Of a stretch of 64,000 nucleotides of DNA, positions 37,901-49,461 are shown piece after piece. The position numbers and the translations under genes were made by a program. Location of the stretch: contig NW_004797331.1 in the NCBI RefSeq assembly GCF_000002075.1, positions 544,992-608,991 of the forward strand, in the 5' to 3' direction. The notes under the pieces were generated by a model. The model ran no database searches and had not been told where the DNA came from. It saw only the letters and a list, made by a program, of their open reading frames with translations. Each line of letters opens with the position of its first letter. The first letter of the stretch is position 1. This stretch comes from Aplysia californica (lineage: Eukaryota).

Positions 37901-40900
37901 AGGGAAATCGTTCTCCTAAACTCAGGCACTCGCAAAAAAAAAGGAGAAAAAAAAGTGAAAAGTGGAGGCACCTCTTATCATACCGAGCCCCCTACGATCC
38001 TCTTGGATTATGGGATCAGTAAGCAGTCAGCAAACTTCATACAAAAAATGTCATTACCGAACCTCATACTTCAAACCACCCAAAAATTTCATTACCAAAC
38101 CTCATACTTCAAACCACCCAAAAATGTCAATACTGAATCTCATACCTCATACATGAAATGAAATGCTATTACTGATTTTCATACCCCTTCACACAAGAAC
38201 AGTTACTTCACCTGGGTTTGAGAAGCCTCTGACTGGGCACAGTCTGCATCGCACGATTTCCCAAACGTTGAAAACTGGGACTCAGCGGCACCCTCCTCCA
38301 TCATATCAATACTGATGTCTAAGGCAGATGGAAGGACAGCCAGCGAAGTTGGAGTGGAAGGTTGTACAACAGCCGTGTATCTTGACATTGGGGACTCAGA
38401 AACCGCATCAGGCAGATCCACTGAGCATCCACGATAGTACTTCGGGGGCAGTTTCCGTTTGTTCCACAGTTTCATGAAGGTTTTGTAGTATTCTCGTAAT
38501 TTTGGTGATCTCATGGCATCTACATTTTTCCTTTTCTGTGTGGAAAGCAAATAAAACTTTCAAGTAACTAGCAAGAGTTCATCAATACAAGAAAATATTG
38601 AAGCAAAAGAAATAAGAAGACACACATTGATGGTCTACCTAATCAATGAATTCATATTAATTTGTAAGTCTCCATGAGACCTATTAAAAAATGCCTTTAC
38701 ATTAATGAATTATAAAATGTCAAAGTGAACAAGTAGAAGGGTAAAACAGGAGATTTTACAATACATGCAAAAACATGGACATAACAATATTACATTGTTC
38801 CATACCTCTTCCTGCAGCCACATTTTCAGTTCAGACATTTTACCCAAGTAATCATTCAGGGATATCAGATCTATGGATAGATCAAATAAATCAATCAGAA
38901 ATTTCAGTGAGAACACACCATAGAAAAGAAGCCATAATATGTAACGGTAACCAAGATTCACTGAAGACTAAAACTACAACTAAATGTCCATCATTCAACA
39001 TACATGGCTAATAAGCTCACTAACAGGCACTTCAACTAAAATGAAAAAGAAGCCTTTGAAAAGCCTCCACATAGATATATGTACAGTAGTCTCCGTCTAA
39101 ACGCACGGTGCTCGGGAGGGCTCCTTAGCGTGTGTTTATACGGAGTATGCGTTTACATGAACCTTTGCAAGGGGAGGAAGGGACACAGTCATCTCAATTC
39201 CTTATTACTCTAGTGACCTCCCTTGGAGGGAAGGGGTCATTTTGGCAGATAATGTGACGACACGTGACTGTTTTGTGAAGGATTCCACGACAGGGGTTAA
39301 GAATACAAAGGCGTTGAATGGGGAGGGGGAGAAATACAAACTCAATGTAATGAATATGCACTGTAAACGTCGGGAACAGATAGCCTAAGAGGAAACTTTG
39401 CGGTGATGGTCACAGAGACGACGGACCAGCCACGTGGCTTTCCAAGCGACCACCCCCGACTGTAAATTCATGCAGAATCATCCCCGAGAAACATTTTCTC
39501 TTGTGATTCGTTAAACAAGTACTTTATAAATTCTACGAGTACAGCTGAATAGGCTTACTTGGCTAATCTTTAAAATCCTATAGAGGCCTGTCTAGTGTTT
39601 TACGGCATTCGCGCGTGTCGCGCATCAGGCCTAAATTTAACTAAACATTACGCGCAGTCAGAGTCACTCAAACACCAGTCAGAAACCTTCTCTCAAAGAT
39701 ACATTTCCAGTGACCAATCAAAAAACATTTCAGTCCCCCCCCCCCACCCCCCAACATTTAACCGACCAGCCCTAGATCGAGACCTATGCGCAGTCCGTCA
39801 CTCTCTTTGTACAGTGTGAGGGGCACTCTCACCAAATATCCCGTTTTCTAGTAAATTCTAGGCTTGTCTTATGCAGGCGGTGCACGTTGTAGTGAAAATT
39901 TCCCCTCGCCAAGCTTAACTTGTCGGCGTGTTTCGCGGATCGGAGCGTGCGTTTAGAGGGAGTGACCGTGCGTTTGCATGTCTAAATTATATAGTAAAAA
40001 AACCCGTCAGATGACGAAAGCGTGCGTTTGAGCGGAGCGTGCGTTTAGGCGGAGACTACTGTAACACATTGTTTAAATGTAAATGTGAGCAAATGTGAAG
40101 TCTCAAGTTTCTGGAAACAAAGAGTAGCGAAGGCAAATGCAAAATTTAAGGAGATGGACAAGAATGAAGGATAAAGTGTACATCTGTTCTTCTAAGCACT
40201 CACAGAACTAACATTTATATAAGCACTCTCAAAAACACTTGGAAGGAATAATTTGGCAGAGTATGCAAAACAATAGCAGTTAAGGAATAGTAGTACACTT
40301 CCCAAATTAAAAAAGGTTGCTTGCATCATGGCATCAAATGGGTCACTTTCTTTTAATTCTTCTCATCTTCAACATTGAAACAACTGAAGATGTCGGTATG
40401 CTCCAATTGTAGTTTACTCTTAAGGTAAATCCATTCATTTATAAAATCGTAATAAACAATTGATAACAGGCTTTTTTCAAGTCAAATTTTTATGCTTTCA
40501 GACTTACTGATGGTTGAAGCAGAAAGTGAAATGCTACTTACTCTTCTCCACATTTTCCTGTTTAGCTTTCTCTCTCTGCCGCACTCGTCTAATAGACCGC
40601 TGTGCTGTAAGCCTTTCTTGCCGACTAGCAAAAGCTTCCTCGCTCTCAGTTTCTGAAAGTTTGTTATAAACAAGAAAGGTTAAGTGGTGAAAGGTAACAC
40701 ATTGGTGACCAAAAAAAACAACAAAAAAAAATAGGAAGGAAGGACAAAAGCAACAGGTGAAAAGAAAAGATGGACCAGTGACTTTCTCCAGCAACTCGCA
40801 CAAAAATATCCTCCGTTAATCCCAGATTCTTGGTGATCATTTTATACTTTTGATACATTGGAAGAAAACAAAAGGCTTCTACTACGCTTTGCATGGTCAG

Positions 40901-41281
40901 ATCTTTTGTTTGCACAAATGGACTGAGAAAGTCATTATGATTTGATCATTTATTTAATGAATAATGGGCTGCCAGGCCAGATCTGATGAAGCAAAACCAG
41001 AAGCCAATATTTGTATTATATAGTATGCACTGGTGTCATCATTAATAATTAACCCCTCCTCAAAAGTACTAAAACAGGCAATGTACACTGAGTAGAAAAG
41101 CAGTGGAACCAATTATCAAAACATATATACATGTATACCTTCTACTTCTTCAGACCCACTGGAAGAATCAAATAAATCTTCAGCTCTCTTGTAAGACCCA
41201 TCCTCGGTGACTGGCTCGTACTCGGCAAGATTAGGACACGATGCACTCCGTCTTTTTTTCAAGTTGCCTCGCCGGAAAAAT
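27897..41281 (-). CDS. Gene 2: SCI1-like domain plus long Ser/Lys/Arg-rich disordered tail, at least 1613 aa, 5' end not found
   Basis: Exons 41281-41139, 40652-40542, 38870-38806, 38535-38212, 34850-34801, 32801-32671, 31915-27897, all GT-AG with matching phases. The spliced product contains LISLNDYLGKMSELKMWLQEEKRKNVDAMRSPKLREYYKTFMKLWNKRKLPPKYYRG. Confidence 0.8.
32671..32801 (-). CDS. Gene 2 exon
   Basis: ttttcag| TPTSMFYVKGDPKV...YNFQP |gtaatt; phases 2/1 fit both neighbours. Confidence 0.8.
34801..34850 (-). CDS. Gene 2 exon (50 nt)
   Basis: ctgacag| ASLKRASPQRFATITR |gtaggt; phases 0/2. Confidence 0.7.
35155..35571. mobile_element. Sola1-like MITE with 4-bp AAAT TSD; related pieces at about 17620-17840 and 18700-18852
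   Basis: aaat|gtg...gaatcaggtgctcgtcaa...ttgacgagcgcctgatttc...cac|aaat. Confidence 0.6.
36004..36290 (-). mobile_element. Ingi-like LINE 3' fragment
   Basis: HVHLNQNLNRI...CPLCDYPSETVEHHLFFC...QMLMDR closely parallels the C-terminus at 59850-60118. Confidence 0.8.
36842..38200. repeat. Degenerate minisatellite (about 33-bp unit) split by an RTE insertion
   Basis: Units like tgtcattactgaatctcatacttcacacaagaa at 36842-37012 and 38035-38200. Confidence 0.7.
37013..38034 (+). mobile_element. RTE-clade LINE, 5'-truncated and decayed
   Basis: LSPTLFNIFLE, FADDI, FKYFG, LYVCESWTL, ILQGTVQGRRKRGR motifs with stops and frameshifts; possible cttcataca TSD. Confidence 0.9.
38212..38535 (-). CDS. Gene 2 exon (second half of SCI1-like domain)
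   Basis: cacacag| KRKNVDAMRSPKLREYYKTFMKLWNKRKLPPKYYRG...QTQ |gtgaag. Confidence 0.85.
38806..38870 (-). CDS. Gene 2 exon (first half of SCI1-like domain)
   Basis: ccatag| (N)LISLNDYLGKMSELKMWLQEE |gtatgg; phases 1/0. Confidence 0.85.
39084..40061. mobile_element. pogo/Tigger-like MITE
   Basis: TA|cagtagtctccgtctaaacgcacg...cgtgcgtttaggcggagactactg|TA. Confidence 0.85.
40542..40652 (-). CDS. Gene 2 exon
   Basis: tttcag| TESEEAFASRQERL...QENVEK |gtaagt; phases 1/1. Confidence 0.85.
41139..41281 (-). CDS. Gene 2 most upstream identified exon
   Basis: (t)n-ag| FFRRGNLKKRRSASCPNL...SEEVE |gtatac. Confidence 0.8.
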
Positions 41282-41982
41282 CTAAAAAAAAACACCAAAA
41301 GGACATAAACCAACGTTGCTTTTTATTAGGGCTTTCCCTTGCTTGTTCTACAACAAGACAGAAAAATGATGGTCTTCGGAGTTGATCAGTTTAATTTATT
41401 ATAGAAAGTAATAAAATTGAAAATAAAGACTTTTAAAAACTTAAAAGGTAACAACAGGTTGGACAAGCGGATGATTAGAGAACGACAATTAAACGCCATT
41501 GGCCGATATTTATAGTAACAGCCATCTTGTTTGCGTTTGACCTCGCAAGGGGGAAGCCCGCCGCGGAATCTGATTGTGATTCTAAAAAACAGTGATGATT
41601 TTGCATAGTGCATGGTTTGCACTGGCAGTTTCCAAGCTCCTTCCCCTTGATCAAGTTCTACTCCATTTGCGGGTCAGCGTCCTATTGAGTCAAATCTCTT
41701 GTAAGTGCTTAATTTCTTGTGCTTACAAAACTTATAAAGAAATAATCCGGATCGAAACAGTCAATCACTTAAACAGCGTCGTTGAACTTTGTTTGAACTT
41801 GCATTTGTATCCAAATTGATGTAGACCTACTCTTAGACTTCTTCTTCTTCTCAGTTTACGTAGTGTACAGCATCAGAATCAATCTGGGCGGAAGAAGGGT
41901 GCTGCACAATCACAGACAACCGAACCAAACAGTTCTGCAAGTTGCAAAGAAAATAGATCTAATCCGAGCGGGCAGGCTGCCG

Positions 41983-42317
41983 TCCCTTGCTTATTCTACA
42001 ACAACACAGAAAAATGATGGTCATCGGGGTTGATGACAGTTGACCGTCCAACTGTAGTAGTCTTTGTCCAAGAACACCTAGCCAGCAGCCATAAAGAGGA
42101 CTCCTTCACGAAGGAGATTGTGATTGCGAAAGGAGTGCAGCCTGGTGAAGGTAGGAGGAGCAGGCTGCGTGACCTCATCAAACACTACAACAACCAGCTG
42201 ATGATGGAGACAATCAGCCTGCCCACACTGAAATGGACCCTCATGAAGAGGGGCGAGGAAGCACGGAGCAACCCGTCTTCCTAAGACCCCAGTTCTATAT
42301 ATCCAAGTATCCAAGTA
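41983..42317 (+). mobile_element. Short retroposon insertion, probably an RTE-type 3' fragment, with 9-bp TSD
   Basis: Flanked by aggctgccg (41974-41982 and 42318-42326); ends in tandem atccaagt-atccaagta. Confidence 0.55.
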
Positions 42318-43789
42318 AGGCTGCCGGCTGCCGTCGTGTTGTGTGATTTGTGTGTGTGTGACATGCTATGTATTAATTATACATATATAGAGGCTATTCA
42401 CACGTGTATATATGCATGATGTGTGTGTGTCTCTCTCTCTCCCTCTCCCTCCCCCCCTCTCTATGTCTATGTATTTTTGTGAGTGATTGTAAGTGTGATG
42501 TGTGTAAAGATAGTATTAGTGGGTGGCTGGTGGGTGCTCTGGTGTGGTCTGCTCCTTCTCTCATATATTCAACATCTATCATCCTTATCTTTCTCTTCCT
42601 TCTTTTTGTGTTTGTTACTCTCTTGAAACACTAACACCTCTAATCTTCGGCACTTAACTTATATGAACTTATTGTGTTGCAAGTGCTAACTCTTTTTCGA
42701 AAACAAAAGAAAGTTTTAGGCATGAACAGGCGCTTTGGCGGCAAGCGTAAGTGTATGGGAGGTACCGAAGCTCGATCTACTTTCGCTTTCTTTACCTCCC
42801 AGAAATTTGCCGTTAGCAGTCTGATTAACACAACATTTGTACCATACAGGTTGTGCATTACAAACGCTGTGTCGCCAGGAAAATAAATCATTGTCCTGTG
42901 CTTTTACTTGCGGAAAAAAAGAAAGTTATACAAGCGTCTTGTCGGGCTCGACATCGTGACCGGTCAGTGAACCTGTACCTTCGCAGTACCAGTGATCGTT
43001 GGGGTCACCAAAGTTCATTCAAAGTGTGCGCTGCACGAAGTATAGGGCTCTGGAATGGTGGGATTATTGATTTTTTTAAAAGGTACAGTCGGGGGGAGGG
43101 GTGGGGTTGAAGGCAACATCGGATGACAAAAACTGAACTTGGAAGCAAATTTTAGTATTTAGAATTTTGATTATTACTAGAGCTTCCTGCTACGGAAAAG
43201 CGTGCATTGGTGCAAGCCCTGTACGGAATTGGGATCCGTCATACTCATACCTAGTAAGCCGTGTTTTTATACCAAAAGGTCAGCGTTTCATTGGATGGGT
43301 GATAGTCAAGGATCTCCTTGGTGATAGTCTGATAGTACGTTTGTTTCATTGTCCTTTGTTTTAAGAGAGTAATGACCTCATCAAGTGCATACTTTTTTAT
43401 TCTCTCTCCCTCTCTCTTCCTTCCTCTCTCTCCCCCTCTCTCTGTTTTCTGAGTCTCGTTCTCTCTCTCTCGTGACAGTATTAAATGTTTTGTAAACATC
43501 TATATTTTAGCTTTCTGTTCCAGATTCGCAGATTTTCAGTGTCACTGCATTTTGCTCTCCCTTAGGAAAGATGACAGGGGGTAGATTGGGATCATTTTGG
43601 GGATTACATTCCTCTCACAACACACAAAAAGCGGAGTGAAAAAGGAAAAAGGTCAAGGTCATGAAGGGAGCGAAGCAGTTACCGTGCACCTAGCTCAAGC
43701 GCAGCCCCCCCCCCCTGAAACAAAATACCCGGTTACCGTGTACATAATGATGTACTCGCTTGCAGAAAAGCAGCAGGAAATGACAACAT

Positions 43790-45497
43790 ACCTGCTGAAG
43801 TGCTGAAAGAGAACAATTTTTACAAAGAGACTCTCCTCCCATATCTCTACAAGCTACTAACGACTTGTTGGCTGAACTGAAAGCAGAAATTCCACATGAC
43901 ATGAGAGATGCCAAAATCACCACACTCTACAAAAACAAAGGGGACAAAGGAGATTGCAACAACTACAGAGGTATCTCACTGCTAAGCATCACTGGAAAAG
44001 CTTTCGCTAGGATCATCCTGAAGTGACTTCAGAAACTAGCAGAAAGAGTCCTACCAGAGAGCCAATGCGGTTTCAGATCATACCGCTCAACAATGGACAT
44101 GATCTTTTCAATTCGTCAGCTACTAGAAAAATGCAGGGAGCAACAACTGCCATTACATACTGCGTTTGTCGATCTGACAAAGGCTTTTGATACAGTCAGT
44201 AGATCAGGACTGTACATGGTGCTTGGAAAAATTGGCTGTCCCCCAATACTGCTACTGCTACAGCTCATCATCTCATTCCACGAAGATATGAAGGCCTCCA
44301 TTCAGTTTGACGGTTCAACATCAATAGCGGAGTAAAGCAGGGTTGTGTCTTAGCACCAACCCTTTTTAGCACTTATTTTGCTGTCTTACTGCAACACGCA
44401 TTCAAAGAGTCACCAGGGGATGTCTTCCTCCACTGGAGAACTGATGGGTCGCTCTTCAATCTTGCTCGACTCAAGGCCAAGACCAAGATCAACAAAACTA
44501 CAGTACGAGACCTTCTCTTCGCTGATGATGCTGCTCTTGTTGCTCACAGTGAATCAACCCTACAAACCGCCTATCAACAGCATGCAAGGTCTTTAGCTTG
44601 GTCATCAGTGTTAAGAAAACAGTCATCCTTACCCAAGAAGGTGCAGAGCAGAGCCATATATTGCTGAATGACAAGGAACTTGGGACAGTGGACAAGTTCT
44701 GTTACCTGGGGTCTACCATCAGCTCTACAACTTCACTTGATTATGAGATCAACATCAGGATATGGAAAGCAGCAACAACTTTTGGAAGGCTGACAAAACG
44801 AGTATGGGAAAACAAAAGATTAACCATCAAAACAAAGATCAAGATTTACGAAGCATGTGTCCTCAGCACACTCCTTTAAGGATCTGAAACATGGACCTTG
44901 TACAGCAGACAAGAAAAGCGCCTCAACATTTTCCATCTCAGATGCTGCCGCAAGATCTTAGGCATTTTGTGGCGTGACAAGGTTACAAATGTTGAAGTGT
45001 TGGCACGGGCAAACCTCCAGAGCATGACAACTATCCTGTGTTTAAAAAGATTGAGATGGCTTGGCCATGTCAAGAGAATGGAAGACAACTGGACTCCGAA
45101 GCAACTTCTCTATGGAGACCTTGCCCAGGGAAAGAGACAAAGAGGAAGACCAAAATTGAGGTACAAAGACACCTGCAAAAACAGGTTATCTAAACTTGGA
45201 GTAGATGTTAACACCTGGGAAGATATAGCTGAGGACCGGAAAACATGGAGGAAAATTATAAAGGAAAGAACTAAAATGCTAGAGAACAGCCTTAGAAACA
45301 AACAGGCTGAGAAGCGCCAACGACGAAAGGAAAACAGCGGAAATACAGAGCTTCGATCTACGACACTGACATGCAAGCACTGCGACAGAATCTGCGCTTC
45401 AAACATAGGAAGAATTAGCCATGAAAGAAGCTGCTTGAAGACAACCTTGAGACCATCTTAAGCTAAATTGACCGTCTGCATAGACGAAAAGAGCCAT
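43790..45497 (+). mobile_element. RTE (BovB-like) LINE, decayed
   Basis: NNYRGISLLS, PESQCGFR, FVDLTKAFD, KQGCVLAP, LFADD, YLGS, RLRWLGHV and a C-terminal CKHC...H finger; multiple frameshifts. Confidence 0.95.
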
Positions 45498-45499
45498 AT

Positions 45500-46243
45500 A
45501 GATATTGAGGCTACGCGCCTGGTTTTCGTGTATGTGACACTGAGACTACACGCTCGGTTATCGTGTATGTGACATTGAGACTACACGCCCGTTTACCGTG
45601 TACGTAGATATTGAGGGTATGTGCCCGGTTACAATGTGTGTGACATTGAGACTAGACGGTGAAAAAGGAAAAAGGTCAAGGTTATGAAGGGAGCAAAACT
45701 GTTACCATGCACCTAGCTCAAGCCCCCACGAAACTAAATACCCGGTTACCGTGTTCGTAGATAATGAGAGGCGCCCGGTTACCGTGTACGTAGATATTGA
45801 GGCTACGAGCCCGGTTACCGTTTGTGTGACATTGTGATTACACGGTGAAAAAGGAAAAAGTCAACGTCATGAAGGGAGCGAAGCAGTTACCGTGGCGTGC
45901 GAGCACCTAGCTCAAGCCCCCTTCCGCACCCCCCCACAACTAAGTACACGGTTACCGTGTACGTAGATATTGAGACTACGCGCTCGGTTATCGTGTATGC
46001 GACATTGTGACTACACGATGAAAAAGGAAAAATTAATGTCAACGTCATGAAGGGAGCAAAGCAGTTACCGTGCACCTAGCTCAAGCCCCCCCCTCTCACG
46101 AAACTAAATACCCGCTTACCGTGTTCGTAGTGAGAGGCACCCGGTTGCCGGTTACCGTGTACGTAGACACTGAGCTACGTGCCCGGTTACCGTGTACGTA
46201 GACACTGAGGCTACGAGCCCGGTTACCGTGTACGTAGACACTC
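45500..46243. repeat. Composite tandem repeat: about 36-bp ccggttaccgtgtacgtagatattgaggctacg unit inside a unit of about 185 bp; left remnant at 43635-43748
   Basis: Direct inspection; the RTE element splits one unit. Confidence 0.85.
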
Positions 46244-46288
46244 CGTAAATCATATCTAGTTTCGAGGCCTAGATATTTAATAAATTAA

Positions 46289-48167
46289 CGAAGTGACTAT
46301 TCGGACCCGAGTCCGAATATGAAAAAATGTTATTCGGACTCTGATTCTTGTCCAGCATGACATTACTTCCGACTTCCTGTGACTCGTGACTCCGGCTTCC
46401 TGTAGGCCAGGGCAAGATCGACTCTGGGATCGATTCTTTCGACTCCAAATGAGGACTCAAAGAATCGATCTTGTTCCATGTTCCCAGACTCTAAGCTTCG
46501 ACTCCGCCCAGGGTCGACGCCTCCCGTCTCCTTTTTTTTAAAGCCTAGTTCCTAGCCTAGACTCCGAGAATCGAGGCAAGAATCTAAATCTCTACCTCAC
46601 TATTACAGTCCTGTCATGGGATAGGCCTAGGCCTAGGGCTGTCCCACCCCACAGTCGAGTTTTTTGCTTCAAAACAGACACCGCACCAGGACGGGACTCA
46701 TCCGGCGCATAAGGCGGCTTCTTTGATGTTGGCCTAGGCGGAGTTAAAAATGCATTCCAAAAATTTCTTAAATATTGGCCAAATTTAAGAAATAATAAGA
46801 TTTTCGTGATCAGCGACCCAAAATTTGCAAAAGTTACGCGGGGAACCCATTTTAAGGCCCGATTACCAAGTTAAATTAATTTTTTTGAGTTTTGTTTACT
46901 TAGGTTTTTTTTTTCACTATTTGAATTCGGCGTGCACTAGGCCTTGATAGGCCTAGTGCAAGAGAGAAGGAGCCTGTGCCCCACGCATTGGCAAGAGTGA
47001 TAAAAGTAGTAGTATAAGGTTTTACGGCGCTCGCAACTGCTAAGGTCATATGAGCGCGCGAAACACAAGTTGTTCACCTCTGCGAAAGTTCACTTCACGA
47101 CTGGTAACTAGTTTACTTTAAAATGCTAAAAAGTTAAAATATTCAAATTCGGTGTAAATTCATTTGTGATCTAAAACAACTTTTAAGTAACAATAAAAAT
47201 TTTAAATAATATCAGATTCACTTTACAACTCGCCATAAAGGCCAATGGCCTTTATAAAATTTAAAATTCTGCTGGGAACAACGACGGAGAAAATATCCTG
47301 CAATTTCTTGCATTTATAATATTTCCTTCGGATCTCTCCAAAGTCTAGACATTCTGTTAAAATGTGTCTAATGGTAAAATCTGTGTCGCATCCGACACAG
47401 AACGGCTTCTCCTCTCCCTGCAGGAGGTATTTGTGAGTCAGGGCCGTGTGTCCGATGCGCAATCGAGTAAAAATGACTTCGTCTCTTCTGGAGAGATCCG
47501 AAGGATTTCGCTGTTCTAGTCTGGGTTTAATTTCGTATAATTTATTATTTTTCTGGTTTTCCCAGTGGCTCTCCCACAGACTGGAGGTGTACTTTTTGAC
47601 TTTATTTCTAAAGTCAGTCTGTGGGAGAGTGTTTGTCGTTGATCCCAGCAGAAGGGATGAGGCTTTCTTCGCCAGGTCGTCTACCTGCTCGTTTCCTCGG
47701 ATGCCCACATGGCTTGGGATCCATGCGAACATGATGTTTTTTCCTGTTTCGGATAGTGTATGGATTTTCTGTTGTAGCCTAACTATTTTTGGGTGTAAGA
47801 GTGTGTAGTTTGTGAGTGAGGTGATGCAAGACAGAGAGTCAGAAAGGATAAGGAAAGATTTGTTATCAATTTTACCTTTTTCTACAACAAAGAAAGTGGG
47901 AAACATCGGGGGGGGGGGGGGGGGGGGTATCAATGAGGCGGCGGGCATCGGATTGGCAGATAAGGTGTGGGGGAAACTAAAAAAATGGTGGAAAATTGGA
48001 AGCACTGAATGTTAAATATCTATAGAACGAAGACACACTTCCTTTTTTCCGGACCCGAGTCCGAATAACATTTTTTCATATATTCGAAATATGAATTTTT
48101 TAAATTCCGACTCGAGTCCGAATATATGAAAAAATGTTATTCGGACTCGAGTCCGAATAAAGACGGC
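46289..48167. mobile_element. Mutator-like non-autonomous element with palindromic subterminal repeats, containing a LINE insertion
   Basis: tattcggac(c/t)cgagtccgaata palindromes at both ends; flanks ataaattaa / ataaattga. Confidence 0.6.
47001..47885 (-). mobile_element. Nimb/I-clade LINE 3' fragment (RNase H, CCHC, 3' UTR)
   Basis: ILSDSLS, WIPSHVGIRGNEQVD, TRLRIGHT, CVGC...HILTEC; stop at 47223; stem-loop tail at 47018-47060. Confidence 0.85.
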
Positions 48168-48463
48168 CATAAATTGAATGAAGACTGCGGATGTCTTTTC
48201 GATGAACGATCGTTTTTCCTCCGTTTTAGAGTTGAAGGAACCCATAATATAAGACAATTTGAAGAAAAGAGCAATTTAAGTCATAATTTCAATCAAGAAA
48301 GCAGTCACCCTCTCTAGATCTATTTCTCTCTCTCTGTCTCTCTGTCTGTGTATCGCTTGCCTTCTCTTTGTTTTTATCTGTCTAAATTCTTTCTACCCCA
48401 CCTACTTTCCCACTCTATATTATATTTCTCTCGTTCCCTCCTGTCAACTAGGGCATGGTAATA

Positions 48464-49311
48464 CAGTGGAATCCTATTATAACGAGACGTAGGGGACCGG
48501 TGCGAAATGTTCGTTATACCAGGATTCTCGTTATAAGGAATCCAGTAATAAATTCAATGGAAATAATAAAGTAGGCCTAATCTATCAGTTTGGTGTTCTC
48601 TGTTTATTTCTTTTTGTTATCTACCCTGACGATGACATTGTTCAACATGACCTCTAGGTCTTACTTGATCAAAAATTGAATCAGGTTTCTTTCTCAAGCG
48701 CTAGCAATGTTGACAGCACGGCGTTGGCGATCAGAAAGAATGCGCTCTAGGCGAACTCGCCTGTCGTGTTGTCCCCCACCCCACCACACCCGTGGTGTGT
48801 TTCGTCTGCTTGCACACGTTACTACACAACACATTCACTCCATCCATCACAGCATTGTCATTGTGACCTCTCCATTCCCGCATCGGAGAAGTGAGGACAT
48901 GGGTAGTGGTAGGCCTAGATAATCTAGACTCTAGGCTGGCCTATCACACGATGCGTTCTGCTTGTCTGCGCTTACCACACCCTCCCCACTCATTCGCTCA
49001 GGCCATCATTGTTGGCAAACGTAGGCTCTCCTATTCTTTGTTTCGCTCAAGGAGTTGATGTAAGGTCCTAGGTTTCGCTAGATCACCAACAGGTTTCTCA
49101 ACTGGCTAGGTTTATATATATGTGTATAACTGGCCTGTGCGCTGTGCACAGCAGCAGCAATATTCCGCTATAACCGACTCCCGCGTTTGTCCGATTGAGC
49201 TCTATAGCAGTATTATATTTGCAAAAGAAGGGAAAAAAACGGGGTTTTAGAAAAGTGTCTTAATAACAGACTTCTCGTTGTTCCAGGACTCGTTAAAAGT
49301 GGACTCCACTG
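48464..49311. mobile_element. pogo/Tigger-like MITE
   Basis: TA|cagtggaatcctattataacgag ... ctcgttaaaagtggactccactg. Confidence 0.65.
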
Positions 49312-49461
49312 TCTAGCACTTCCCCCTGTTCTCTACCCCTCCCCTCCCCCCCCCCCTCTCTCCTCACACTCACACACTCTCTTTCTCTTCTCTACCGGGT
49401 CTGGGCGCTGAAACTTTCCGAAATCACAAAAGACTTCCCCTACCGGGTCTGTATACTTCGT

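Noticed and set aside
4695-41281. Functional coupling between the convergent gene 1 and gene 2
   Set aside because: Adjacency in an animal genome is not evidence of a shared pathway; conserved synteny would be needed.
41386-41900. Candidate first exon or promoter of gene 2 (YY1-like ATGGCG/AAGATGGC, CCAAT)
   Set aside because: No ATG-plus-phase-2-donor combination could be supported, and the motifs are too short to call.
45500-46243. Regular ~36-bp repeats superficially like a CRISPR array
   Set aside because: Units are head-to-tail with no unique spacers, the context is eukaryotic, and there are no cas genes.
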